Source: Candidatus Sumerlaeales bacterium (GTDB lineage: Bacteria > Sumerlaeota > Sumerlaeia > Sumerlaeales > Sumerlaeaceae). From it: a DNA stretch of 64,000 bases. The position numbers and the translations under genes are program-made. Every line of letters starts with the position of its first letter. Positions within the stretch are counted from its first letter, which is position 1. Positions 1-8,086 of this stretch are shown here, piece by piece. The notes beneath the pieces are model-generated. The model was not told the origin of the DNA. It searched no databases and saw only the letters and a program-made list of their open reading frames with translations. Location of the stretch: contig JBBSQY010000004.1 in NCBI GenBank assembly GCA_038243585.1, positions 32,001 through 96,000 on the forward strand. The letters are read 5' to 3'.

Positions 1-1134
1 AATGTCCTTTTTCTTGTCAGACAGTTCTTTGAATTTCTCAAACGCCGCGTTGACATTATCGTCGCTCAGGTGATCAAATCCCAGTTGCTCCAGCCGGGTT
101 TTAAATGCGTGGCGTCCGGAGTGCTTGCCCAGTACCATCGATTCACCGGTCCAGCCCACATGTTCCGGACGCATTATTTCGTAGGTGCCGCGGTCTTTCA
201 GCATGCCATCCTGATGGATGCCCGACTCATGGGCGAAAGCGTTGGCTCCGACAATGGCCTTGTTTCGCTGTACCTTCAGGCCGGATATTGTACTGACCAT
301 CTTTGAAGTGCGGTAGATTTCTCCCGGCCTAATCCCTGTGGTCAGACCAATATCTTCCCGCCGCACATCCAGGGCCATGACTATTTCCTCAAGAGCGGCG
401 TTGCCGGCGCGCTCTCCGATGCCGTTCACGGTGCACTCCACCTGCCGCGCCCCGGCGCGGAGTCCTGCCAGGGAATTGGCCACCGCAAGGCCCAGGTCGT
501 TGTGGCAGTGCACGCTGAACACGGCCTGGTCAGAATTCGGTGCGTTGCCCATTACATAAGAAATGATCTCTCCAAACTGCCAGGGCATGGCATAGCCAAC
601 CGTATCAGGCAGGTTGATGGTCGTCGCGCCGGCTTCTATAACTGCCGTAACGATATCTACCAGATAATCACGATCGCTTCTCCCCGCATCCTCACAGGAA
701 AATTCGACATCAGGGGTAAAGGTTTTGGCGAGCATTACGGAGTCGACTGCCGATTTGATTACCTGTTCGCGGGTCTTTTTCAGCTTCTTTTCCAGGTGGA
801 TCGGACTGGTCGCGATAAATACATGGATTCGCCGGCTCTCTGCAGGCTGAAGTGCCTCTGCTGCCCGAGTGATGTCTTTTTCAACGGCGCGAGCCAGCCC
901 GCAGATCGTAGGGCCGCGCACCTCGGATGCGATGGCGCGCACCGATTCAAAATCGCCTGTGGAGGAAATCGGGAAGCCGGCTTCGATAACGTCCACGCCC
1001 AGCCGCGAGAGCTGATGCGCGATCTCGAGCTTTTCCCGCGTGTTCATTGTAGCGCCGGGGCATTGCTCCCCGTCGCGCAGGGTGGTGTCAAAAACTATAA
1101 CTCTATTTTTATCAGTGGTGTCGATAGGATTCAT
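1..1134 (-). CDS. leuA: 2-isopropylmalate synthase (3' end runs off window)
   Basis: Manual translation: [27 protein letters not shown]...[10 protein letters not shown]...[11 protein letters not shown]...[12 protein letters not shown]; Leu T-box upstream. Absent from the ORF track because it is truncated. Confidence 0.95.
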   Translation of the reverse strand, partial: MNPIDTTDKNRVIVFDTTLRDGEQCPGATMNTREKLEIAHQLSRLGVDVIEAGFPISSTGDFESVRAIASEVRGPTICGLARAVEKDITRAAEALQPAESRRIHVFIATSPIHLEKKLKKTREQVIKSAVDSVMLAKTFTPDVEFSCEDAGRSDRDYLVDIVTAVIEAGATTINLPDTVGYAMPWQFGEIISYVMGNAPNSDQAVFSVHCHNDLGLAVANSLAGLRAGARQVECTVNGIGERAGNAALEEIVMALDVRREDIGLTTGIRPGEIYRTSKMVSTISGLKVQRNKAIVGANAFAHESGIHQDGMLKDRGTYEIMRPEHVGWTGESMVLGKHSGRHAFKTRLEQLGFDHLSDDNVNAAFEKFKELSDKKKDI

Positions 1135-1202
1135 GAGTGATCTCTCTTTTAAACGGTTTCGGTGGTGGGCAGGAAAAGCAGAACGGGGTCAGGTGAGCGT
1201 AA

Positions 1203-1313
1203 CTACGGATAGCTTCGCAATCGGTGGGCGTGGAGAAACGCGGGGGCTGCCCATTGCGTCTGCCGGACCAGCGCTGTTGTGGTTGTCTGTATGTAGTTGA
1301 TAGTCATTTTCAT
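1203..1313 (-). CDS. putative 36-aa leader peptide (MKMTINYIQTTTTALVRQ...)
   Basis: ATG just after the T-box terminator; four consecutive Thr codons; no obvious RBS. Confidence 0.25.
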   Translation of the reverse strand: MKMTINYIQTTTTALVRQTQWAAPAFLHAHRLRSYP

Positions 1314-1320
1314 AAGGTAA

Positions 1321-1585
1321 AACAAAAAGCCCCGCACCCGGATGTGACCGGATGCGGGGCCGAAATTAAAATTCGGGGTACCACCCTCGCTTTGCTTCTG
1401 GCAGAAACCGCCAGACGCCTTCATTGATTCTTAACGCGAATCCCACGACAGCAGGCTAAGGCATACAACGCCGTTCACCTGTGCGACTCCAAGGCGAGTT
1501 CAGGAAAGTCAGTCACCGCTTCGCACCATTTCAACGGTTCTCTTAAGATCTGACCTGATCCTTACTACTCCTCTTCACAGCCTTT
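1321..1585 (-). promoter_or_regulatory. T-box riboswitch, Leu specifier (CUC), transcriptional type
   Basis: Minus strand: AGTA box, AGAGA..GGTG stem I apex, specifier GAA-CTC-GCC (1496-1498), CGTTA F-box, T-box AAGCGAGGGTGGTACCCCG (1374-1392), antiterminator CCGAA/TTCGG, then GC hairpin plus U-tract. Confidence 0.92.
1322..1360 (-). terminator. T-box intrinsic terminator
   Basis: GCCCCGCATCCGG-TCACAT-CCGGGTGCGGGGC followed by TTTTTGTTTT. Confidence 0.88.
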
Positions 1586-1641
1586 AAACTGCCTGAAAAA
1601 GAACATTGCTACAAGTCCACCAGACATACCATTGCCGGAAA

Positions 1642-3081
1642 CTATTCAGTCAACGACCCGTCAAAGATTTCGATTGTGCCGGTTGGCGCATTGGTTGAAT
1701 ACACCGGAGGCGCAGGCGGAATTACCAGTGTGCCCCGGAGTGTTTCCATTACCGGATTTTTGAGATATCCGTTGCTGTCAATGATATCGTAAGGGGTCAT
1801 ATTGCTGGAAATAACATTTAACTGACCGTCCTGCAAGTTCCTTAGTGGTTGACGGCTGATGACATATTCCCGATCATCAATGGCTACCAGCACAGGCTGA
1901 GCGGAGTTGAAATCCGTCCCGTAGTACCAGTCGTCAACCCTGACGACTTCGCCATCGGCCCAACGCGTTCCAAAAACTTCCCGCGCCCATACCTCTGACC
2001 ATTCCGTAACCTGTCGCTGTACAAGGCGCGTCCAGTTGATATAGGCCTGTCGACGATCTTCACGCTTTTGCAGCCGTTCATAAAACTCTTTGTTTGCGTT
2101 ATAATCCGTATTGTTCTGCTGGATCGCCGCTTCCTGATACGACTCGAATAAGTCCTGGCGCTCCTGAAGAGCATTTGCCGCGGTATACTCGAGCGTCGGC
2201 AGGTCCTCTGCGTCCGGAATCAGCTTCTGCCGAATATAAAGGTCGTACATCTCAAGTTGCTGATAATAAAAATCCCATTCCGCAGCGGCCCGCACAGCGG
2301 ATTCATTGGTAAGCCCGGCGTTTAATACGCCACCAATTCCGGCAAGGCCATCCATGCCCAACATCGGGTCACCACCGCCTAAACCACCTAATGCAGGGTC
2401 GCCGAGGGGAGTAACGCCTGGGATATCAACGCCGCCTCCCGGTAGCTGACCAGCTCGGCGCAAGTCCAAAAGGCGATTGATCTCTTGCTGTTTTAGGTTC
2501 TTTGCTACGCCAGCCTCAAACTTCTGTCGCACTACGCCATAGTCAGGGTCTTCAATAAACAGAAATTCGTAAAGCTGAGAAGGAGCTGCCGCGTTAGCAA
2601 CGGTGCTTGTTGTATCTGCGAGCGAACCAGGCGAGGCGCCAAAATCCATAGCTCCTAATGGGGGAGGTGTGGGTATCGCTTCATCTGTTGGAGCGCCGGT
2701 CGTCCCAAAGGGCGACACCGGAGCGCCTGGAAGTCCGGGCAATACCGGAGGGGCGCCAGGGATCACGGGCAATGCGGGAACGGTGCCATTGACTGGGGGC
2801 AGCCCGGGCAGTACCGGCGGCATGCCCGCGGTGGGCGGAACCGCTGATGGAAGAGTTCCTGGAAGTGCCGGCATCGGATCCACAGCAGGCAAGCCAGCCG
2901 TCGGTGGCACCGCAGACGGGATAGCACCCGGCCCACCCGATGCCGGAACCTCGCCCGGCAGGGCTGGAAGAACAGGCAACTGTCCGACAGCGTCTCCAGG
3001 TTGCGCATGACCTATGTGTAATCCCGCGACCATCGTCGCCGTAATCGCTAATGCGGCGAAAGCATTTCGTTTAATCATCAA
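1642..3081 (-). CDS. secreted proline-rich hypothetical protein
   Basis: Signal peptide, repeated PSAVPPTAG/PVLPGLP low-complexity N-terminus, unrecognised C-terminal domain. Confidence 0.75.
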   Translation of the reverse strand: MMIKRNAFAALAITATMVAGLHIGHAQPGDAVGQLPVLPALPGEVPASGGPGAIPSAVPPTAGLPAVDPMPALPGTLPSAVPPTAGMPPVLPGLPPVNGTVPALPVIPGAPPVLPGLPGAPVSPFGTTGAPTDEAIPTPPPLGAMDFGASPGSLADTTSTVANAAAPSQLYEFLFIEDPDYGVVRQKFEAGVAKNLKQQEINRLLDLRRAGQLPGGGVDIPGVTPLGDPALGGLGGGDPMLGMDGLAGIGGVLNAGLTNESAVRAAAEWDFYYQQLEMYDLYIRQKLIPDAEDLPTLEYTAANALQERQDLFESYQEAAIQQNNTDYNANKEFYERLQKREDRRQAYINWTRLVQRQVTEWSEVWAREVFGTRWADGEVVRVDDWYYGTDFNSAQPVLVAIDDREYVISRQPLRNLQDGQLNVISSNMTPYDIIDSNGYLKNPVMETLRGTLVIPPAPPVYSTNAPTGTIEIFDGSLTE

Positions 3082-3214
3082 CAGATTCCCAACGTAGCGT
3101 GTTATATCAATCAGCTCTAAACTTGAGATTTAGCGTGGCTCTCGTTACAAGAGCTGTCGCTAAAGACAGTTTCCACCTATTGAATTGCAAGCACTAGTTA
3201 AACAGTATACAAAG

Positions 3215-3241
3215 AAAAAAGCCCGGACGAGTCCGGGCTTT
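3215..3241 (-). terminator. intrinsic terminator of rplM-rpsI
   Basis: GCCCGGA-CTCG-TCCGGGC followed by T6 on minus strand. Confidence 0.85.
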
Positions 3242-3268
3242 CGTAATTGATTTGAAAAAGGTTGCGTA

Positions 3269-3664
3269 TCAGCGCTTGGAGAACTGAAACTTCGCGCGGG
3301 CACCCTTTTGACCATACTTTTTGCGTTCTTTCATGCGTGGATCGCGGGTTAGCAGACCAGCGCGCTTCAGAGCGGGACGCAGAGCGGGATTGGCCTGGAT
3401 AAGAGCGCGGGCGATGCCATGACGGATTGCGCCGGCCTGACCCATCGTTCCGCCACCGGTCACGTTTACAACCACATCATACTTTGAAACCGTGTGGGTT
3501 TCGCGAAGAGGGTGTTTAACAACCTGCTCGATAAGCGGACGCTCACCGAAATATTTTTTCCATTCGTGACCGTTAACGATCAAGCGACCTTTACCGGGCC
3601 GAAGGTATACGCGGGCGGTGGCCGATTTGCGGCGACCGGTTCCATAAAATTGCTCGAGAGCCAT
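3269..3664 (-). CDS. rpsI: 30S ribosomal protein S9
   Basis: [13 protein letters not shown]...[23 protein letters not shown]. Confidence 0.98.
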   Translation of the reverse strand: MALEQFYGTGRRKSATARVYLRPGKGRLIVNGHEWKKYFGERPLIEQVVKHPLRETHTVSKYDVVVNVTGGGTMGQAGAIRHGIARALIQANPALRPALKRAGLLTRDPRMKERKKYGQKGARAKFQFSKR

Positions 3665-3680
3665 ATCTTAGTCCAGTACC

Positions 3681-4124
3681 TTACTTGGCGTTCTTGGTGA
3701 GAGTGGCGTCAACCGGAAGCTGAGCCTGATGCGGATGCACGTCTCCCGCATAAATGCGGATGTTGCGGAGCAAGGCGTCGCCAAGCCGGTTATGAGGCAA
3801 CATGCCCTTCACAGCCAGACGCAACACTTCAGTAGGCTTGCGCTGGAGCAATGTTCCCGCGGCCTCTTCCTTGATTCCGCCCGGAAAACCCGAGTGACGA
3901 TAATATTTTTTCTGACGAAGCTTTTTGCCGGTAAAGACAACTTTATCGGCGTTCAGCACAATCACATGGTTCTGAGGATTGACAGCCGGATGAAACGTGG
4001 GGTTGTTCTTTCCACGTAATACGGATGCAATACGGCTGGCCAGTCGGCCAACAATTTCGCCCCTGGCGTCAACGACGATCCAGGATTCTTTTAGATCCCC
4101 TGCTTTAGGGTAGTACGTACTCAT
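3681..4124 (-). CDS. rplM: 50S ribosomal protein L13
   Basis: WIVVDA..VGRLAS..LRGKN, YYRHSGFPGG, HPHQAQ; start reassigned to MSTYYPK. Confidence 0.97.
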   Translation of the reverse strand: MSTYYPKAGDLKESWIVVDARGEIVGRLASRIASVLRGKNNPTFHPAVNPQNHVIVLNADKVVFTGKKLRQKKYYRHSGFPGGIKEEAAGTLLQRKPTEVLRLAVKGMLPHNRLGDALLRNIRIYAGDVHPHQAQLPVDATLTKNAK

Positions 4125-4278
4125 TAGAAGAAGGTATAGCCTCCAGAAATCACCACAAACCCTGCGCACTTATGATGACGATAGGCCATTTATTCATGCG
4201 TCCGCCAAGCGAGACGCAAAAAAGCGAACGTAACAAGTCTTTGTAGCTGTTGTTGTTATACAGTCTGCAGACGAATTA

Positions 4279-4722
4279 TTGATGAAGGCACGTAAAATGA
4301 TTAAGGTTTCTGGAAAAATCCTGGCTCTCGACGTGGGAGAAGCCCGGGTGGGCGTGGCGGTAAGCGACGGCTCGGGCTTCCTTGCAAGTCCTCTTTTGAT
4401 CCTGAAGCGGGACAAAACCACCATTGATCGGGTGGTTGACCTGGCGAGGACGCTGGACGTGTGCGCCGTACTGGTGGGGCTGCCTCTGAACATGGACGGA
4501 ACTTCTGGATTTCAGGCGAGAAAGGTCGAGCGTTTCGCAGGCCGCATAGGGGAGGCTGTTGCACCGATCCCCATTATCATGGAAGACGAAAGCGAAAGTA
4601 CAATGATGGCTCGCGCCCTGCGAATCGAGCGGGGGATAGGTCAGAAAAAGCGTAGAGCCCGGATCGACGCAGAGGCGGCTGCCATCTTTTTGCAGGTGTA
4701 TCTGGACCGCCAGAGGAGTTAA
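4279..4722 (+). CDS. ruvX: YqgF/RuvX RNase H-like nuclease (pre-16S rRNA processing)
   Basis: ILALDVGEARVGVAVSD, VGLPLNMDG, EDESEST, IDAEAAAIFLQ; start could be 4297. Confidence 0.9.
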   Translation: MMKARKMIKVSGKILALDVGEARVGVAVSDGSGFLASPLLILKRDKTTIDRVVDLARTLDVCAVLVGLPLNMDGTSGFQARKVERFAGRIGEAVAPIPIIMEDESESTMMARALRIERGIGQKKRRARIDAEAAAIFLQVYLDRQRS

Positions 4723-4811
4723 TGTGTGCGGCTGCGTTGAAAATGCTACTATCGGTAGAGCACCGCTTACGGATCTCCAAGCATTGCTGGCGCGATTGTA
4801 AACGTAAGAGT

Positions 4812-4840
4812 TTGAATTTCATTACTGCGAGTACTATACA
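4812..4840 (+). promoter_or_regulatory. putative sigma70 promoter of the RNA-abi unit
   Basis: TTGAAT-17 nt-TATACA just upstream of the hairpin RNA. Confidence 0.35.
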
Positions 4841-4844
4841 TAAG

Positions 4845-4908
4845 AGTAATAATACCCGCCAAGGCAATGCTCCCTGAGTATCCTCAAACCGGCGGGTTAC
4901 TTTTTTTT
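4845..4908 (+). ncRNA. candidate abiF-like structured RNA (putative RNA antitoxin/attenuator)
   Basis: Stem ACCCGCC(4854-4860)/GGCGGGT(4891-4897), possible outer AGTAA/TTACT, 30-nt interior containing a TGAG/CTCA sub-stem, then T8; 24 nt before the Abi start. Confidence 0.6.
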
Positions 4909-4932
4909 AATGCGGCCACATCAAGGCGAAGA

Positions 4933-5841
4933 GTGCGCTATAATAAGCCTCCGTTAAGCATAGATGAACAAATTGCGCTGCTGAAATCACGGGGAATCAC
5001 GTTTAACGATCTTCCTGGCGCACGCACCCACCTAAGGCATATAAATTATTACCGGCTTACGGCCTATTGGCTGAATTCCGAAGTTGACCGCCCAACTCAT
5101 ACTTTTAAAGCCGGTACGACCTTTGAAAGCATACTGAATCTCTACGTTTTTGATCGAGAATTCAAGTTGCTGATACTGGACGCCGTTGAGCGGGTTGAAG
5201 TCTCACTCCGATGCCAATGGGCCTACCATATTACTCATAATCATGGCCCACATGCTTATCTCAATTACCAGATTGCGGTCAATTACCATCAGTGGGAAAA
5301 TGACTTGGAGCGCCTTAAACAAGACGTGTCCCGGTCTGAAGAGATTTTCATCAAGGACTATGCGAAAAAGTACCAGCAGCCGGATTTGCCGCCGGCCTGG
5401 GCGGTTTGTGAAGTCATGTCGCTGGGCACTCTGTCGCGCTGGCTTTCAAACTTAAAGCCCATGAAAACGAGAAGCAGTATTGCTTCCACTTATAAGCTTG
5501 ATGAAAATGTTCTTCAAACTTTTGTGCACCATCTGACTTACGTTCGTAATATTTGCGCCCATCACAGTCGGCTCTGGAACCGTCAGCTTACGGTGACAAT
5601 GCAGTTGCCACGCACTAAGCCTGTCAGCCTTTCGGGTAGTTTTAATGCTGATGAACCACGGAAAATCTATAACACGCTGGTCATGCTGGGCTGGATTCTT
5701 GATATTGTAAGTCCGGAAAACAGCTGGAAAATAAGGCTGCTGGATTTAATAAAAAAGCATGGAATCGAGGCCACTAGCATGGGGTTTCCATTGGATTTCG
5801 AATCACTTGAATTATGGCGATCTGGTCCAAGCGACCGGTGA
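4933..5841 (+). CDS. Abi family (AbiF/AbiD-like, Abi_2) HEPN RNase
   Basis: KPPLSIDEQIALLKSRG, INYYRL, LYVFDRE, PAWAVCEVMSLGTLS, HEPN R-x4-H in RNICAHHSRLWN; start reassigned to GTG 4933. Confidence 0.9.
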   Translation: MRYNKPPLSIDEQIALLKSRGITFNDLPGARTHLRHINYYRLTAYWLNSEVDRPTHTFKAGTTFESILNLYVFDREFKLLILDAVERVEVSLRCQWAYHITHNHGPHAYLNYQIAVNYHQWENDLERLKQDVSRSEEIFIKDYAKKYQQPDLPPAWAVCEVMSLGTLSRWLSNLKPMKTRSSIASTYKLDENVLQTFVHHLTYVRNICAHHSRLWNRQLTVTMQLPRTKPVSLSGSFNADEPRKIYNTLVMLGWILDIVSPENSWKIRLLDLIKKHGIEATSMGFPLDFESLELWRSGPSDR

Positions 5842-5903
5842 GTTTGGGTGCTTTTCCCTTGTATTAGGAGGGAGCACGCTGGTTTTCGGTTTAACCATTT
5901 TGT

Positions 5904-5973
5904 TGGGAGCGCGGGCGTCCCCGCCCGCACTTAATAGACGCGATTTACGCGGGCGGGGACGCCCGCGCTCCCA
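5904..5973. repeat. inverted REP doublet (REPIN), family A
   Basis: TGGGAGCGCGGGCGTCCCCGCCCGC at 5904-5928 and its reverse complement at 5949-5973; palindrome GCGGGCG-TCCC-CGCCCGC. Confidence 0.9.
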
Positions 5974-6071
5974 GAGCTATTGCGTGTGCTTGCACGTCGC
6001 CGGGTGGATTGTTATCTATCACCTCACCGAGTCGCTTTGCTAGATGCCGCTTATAAGTTGATTCACTTCTC

Positions 6072-6097
6072 GCGGGCGGGGACGCCCGCGCTCCCAG
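6072..6097 (-). repeat. REP family A copy within RAYT 3' end
   Basis: Exact REP copy; encodes PGSAGVPAR. Confidence 0.9.
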
Positions 6098-6704
6098 GAC
6101 TTGCTGCGCTTACGTCTGTCCAGGGCCAATCTTCGGGGGTTGATGCAAGTCCGGCTTTGGTTGGATTATTTCTTATGTATTCGATGGCGGCGGCGTAGTG
6201 GTTATCGTCGCGGATGTAGCGGTCCCAATAGTCTGCCTGCCATATTTTTCCGTTTCGCCCGAGTGATATGTTGATCTTTCTGGCAGTGTAGCTTTTCCAA
6301 CCCTGGACTATGTCCGACAAGCTTGTCTGGCGCGTCGTGATCAGCACGTGCACGTGATTCGGCATGATTACCCAGGCTTGAAGATCGTACCGCACGCCGT
6401 CGAAGTGTTGCCATGAATCTCGTACAATGGTGGCAATTGGCTGGTGACGTAGTATGCATTCGCCATGCCCGGCGTCGAGATAGTTTTCGATTCGCAGGCG
6501 GTAGGCGGGGTCTGCTGGTGATGTTTCCAATTCGGAAGTTAGTCGCCTGGCAACTTCCGGGGGCAAGGCATCGTCCAGGCGGTAGGTGATGAACTGGCAC
6601 GACTGGGCAAGGTCGCAGTGGGGGAGATAACCTCTATTGTGCCATCCCCTGGGGGTGCTTGGGGCTTTGGGGGCATCGTCGTTGGTGTTGGTTATTAGAG
6701 GCGT

Positions 6705-6730
6705 GCGGGCGGGGACGCCCGCGCTCCCAG
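6705..6730 (-). repeat. REP family A copy within RAYT 5' end
   Basis: Exact REP copy; encodes PGSAGVPAR. Confidence 0.9.
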
Positions 6731-6857
6731 GGTTTTCATGGGTGTTTTGGTTAGTCATACGGGGGTTGTTGGGTTTTAACTGTTTATTTCTCAACTGTTA
6801 ATTGGGCAATTCTCTGAGCGCGTGGGTCTCGGTGTTGTTGTTGGTTGTTAGAGGCGT

Positions 6858-6883
6858 GCGGGCGGGGACCCCCGCGCTCCCAG
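6858..6883 (-). repeat. REP family A copy (1 mismatch) upstream of RAYT
   Basis: gcgggcggggacccccgcgctcccag. Confidence 0.88.
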
Positions 6884-7057
6884 GGTTTTTATGGGCGTTT
6901 TGGTTAGTCATACGGGGGTTGTTGGGTTTAACGGGTTGTGCTCAACTGTTAATTGGAAAATTTTCTGATGGTAAGGCTGTCGGAGACTTGCACAGCAATT
7001 ATCATCTTTGGGCCATTGTAAGGGAATGTACACTATTTGTGAGATCCAGGCGAACCC

Positions 7058-8086
7058 ATGATTAAGCTTAATGGTTCTAAAGACTTTAAACCTCGCGTCC
7101 TCTCTGTGGTATGCCGAGGTTGTTGCCTGGGGGCTATAGCTCTTGTTGTTGCCGGTGGCCCGATTTCGGTTTCTGCCTGTAGCTACGGTGACTTCGGCAT
7201 TGATCCTGACGATCCGTCGAAGGCTACGGTGGACAAGATTTTCAGTGGCGCTTTTGATACAAAAAAAGATTTCAAAGTCAGTGACTGGCGTCAGGAAATT
7301 AAGCTTCTTCCGGATAACCCTACGGAGGTATCTGATAAGTTAACCCTCGCGTGGGCGCTGCATAAGTCTGGCGACAGCCGAAAAGCTCTCACCATCTACC
7401 AGCAGATTCTTCAGGTAGCGCCGGGGGATTATGAGACGCTTTGCAGTTACGCGACTGTGCTCCACGCTATGCGACAATATGAGCCGGCCCGTCAGGCGTT
7501 GACTAAGGCGATTGCCTTGAAGCCGGGATTTCGAGACCACGCTGAAGAATTTCACCTGTCGATGATCGATTTCGAGGAGAAATCCAGGGCCAATTATCAG
7601 TATGCCAAGGATCATATTATGATCGACGCCCTGACTCCCTTATGGTTAAATCGCAAGGGCGTGGAAGAGAATTTGTCTACCGTCGCTTTCCCGGAAGGGT
7701 ACACGTCAAAGGGCGTGGCGGAACTGCTGAGAGAGTATCCGAATTCTGGAGAAGCCTGGCTGGCGCTTGGTATGCTTCTGGAGCATGAGGAAGATTTTTC
7801 CATGGCGGCCAAAGCGTATGATCGTGCGGTGGAGAAGGGCACGGCTCATGCGGTTGAGGTTCGCAAATATTTGGTGACCTTCCGGGAGTTTGGCCGATCG
7901 CAGGATCCCGGACGCGTTGTCGGACGTCGGGTTGTTCAGTCTGCCATCCTGCTGGCAGTCGTTGCGGTGCTGTGGTTCCTTTTTGGTATCGTCCGGCGCG
8001 TCGTATGGGACGTTTCGACGGATAGGGCGCGGAAGCAGGAAGAAAGCCGACGCCATCGGCGGAATGACCCGGACTCGCCACTGTGA
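7058..8086 (+). CDS. exported TPR-repeat protein with C-terminal membrane anchor
   Basis: Signal-like N-terminus, TPR-like helices (LAWALHKSG..AL..YQ; AWLALGMLLE), C-terminal TM. Confidence 0.75.
   Translation: MIKLNGSKDFKPRVLSVVCRGCCLGAIALVVAGGPISVSACSYGDFGIDPDDPSKATVDKIFSGAFDTKKDFKVSDWRQEIKLLPDNPTEVSDKLTLAWALHKSGDSRKALTIYQQILQVAPGDYETLCSYATVLHAMRQYEPARQALTKAIALKPGFRDHAEEFHLSMIDFEEKSRANYQYAKDHIMIDALTPLWLNRKGVEENLSTVAFPEGYTSKGVAELLREYPNSGEAWLALGMLLEHEEDFSMAAKAYDRAVEKGTAHAVEVRKYLVTFREFGRSQDPGRVVGRRVVQSAILLAVVAVLWFLFGIVRRVVWDVSTDRARKQEESRRHRRNDPDSPL

Larger units (their letters stand above)
6063..6758 (-). mobile_element. REP-associated tyrosine transposase (RAYT, Y1/HUH family)
   Basis: RGYLPH, FITYRL, HUH motif MPNHVHVL, WKSYTA, WQADYWDRYIRD, catalytic YIRNNP; associated REPs; start ATG 6758 (track gives 6794). 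Confidence 0.9.
6681..6968. repeat. imperfect tandem duplication (~153-bp period) of RAYT 5' region
   Basis: 6681-6817 aligns with 6834-6968; each unit holds a REP, an ATG and upstream AT-rich sequence. Confidence 0.88.

Noticed and set aside
70..1140. Plus-strand ORFs including the 212-aa ORF at 502-1140
   Set aside because: Antisense shadows of leuA
4728..4795. tRNA-like D-loop string TCGGTAGAGCAC after ruvX
   Set aside because: No T-arm (GTTC) and no acceptor stem; at most a local hairpin
4867..4932. N-terminal extension of the Abi ORF given in the track
   Set aside because: Runs through the hairpin and T8 tract; family similarity starts at VRYNKPPLS (4933)
5904..6883. REP copies as a CRISPR array
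   Set aside because: Mixed orientation, irregular spacing, no cas genes; explained by the RAYT
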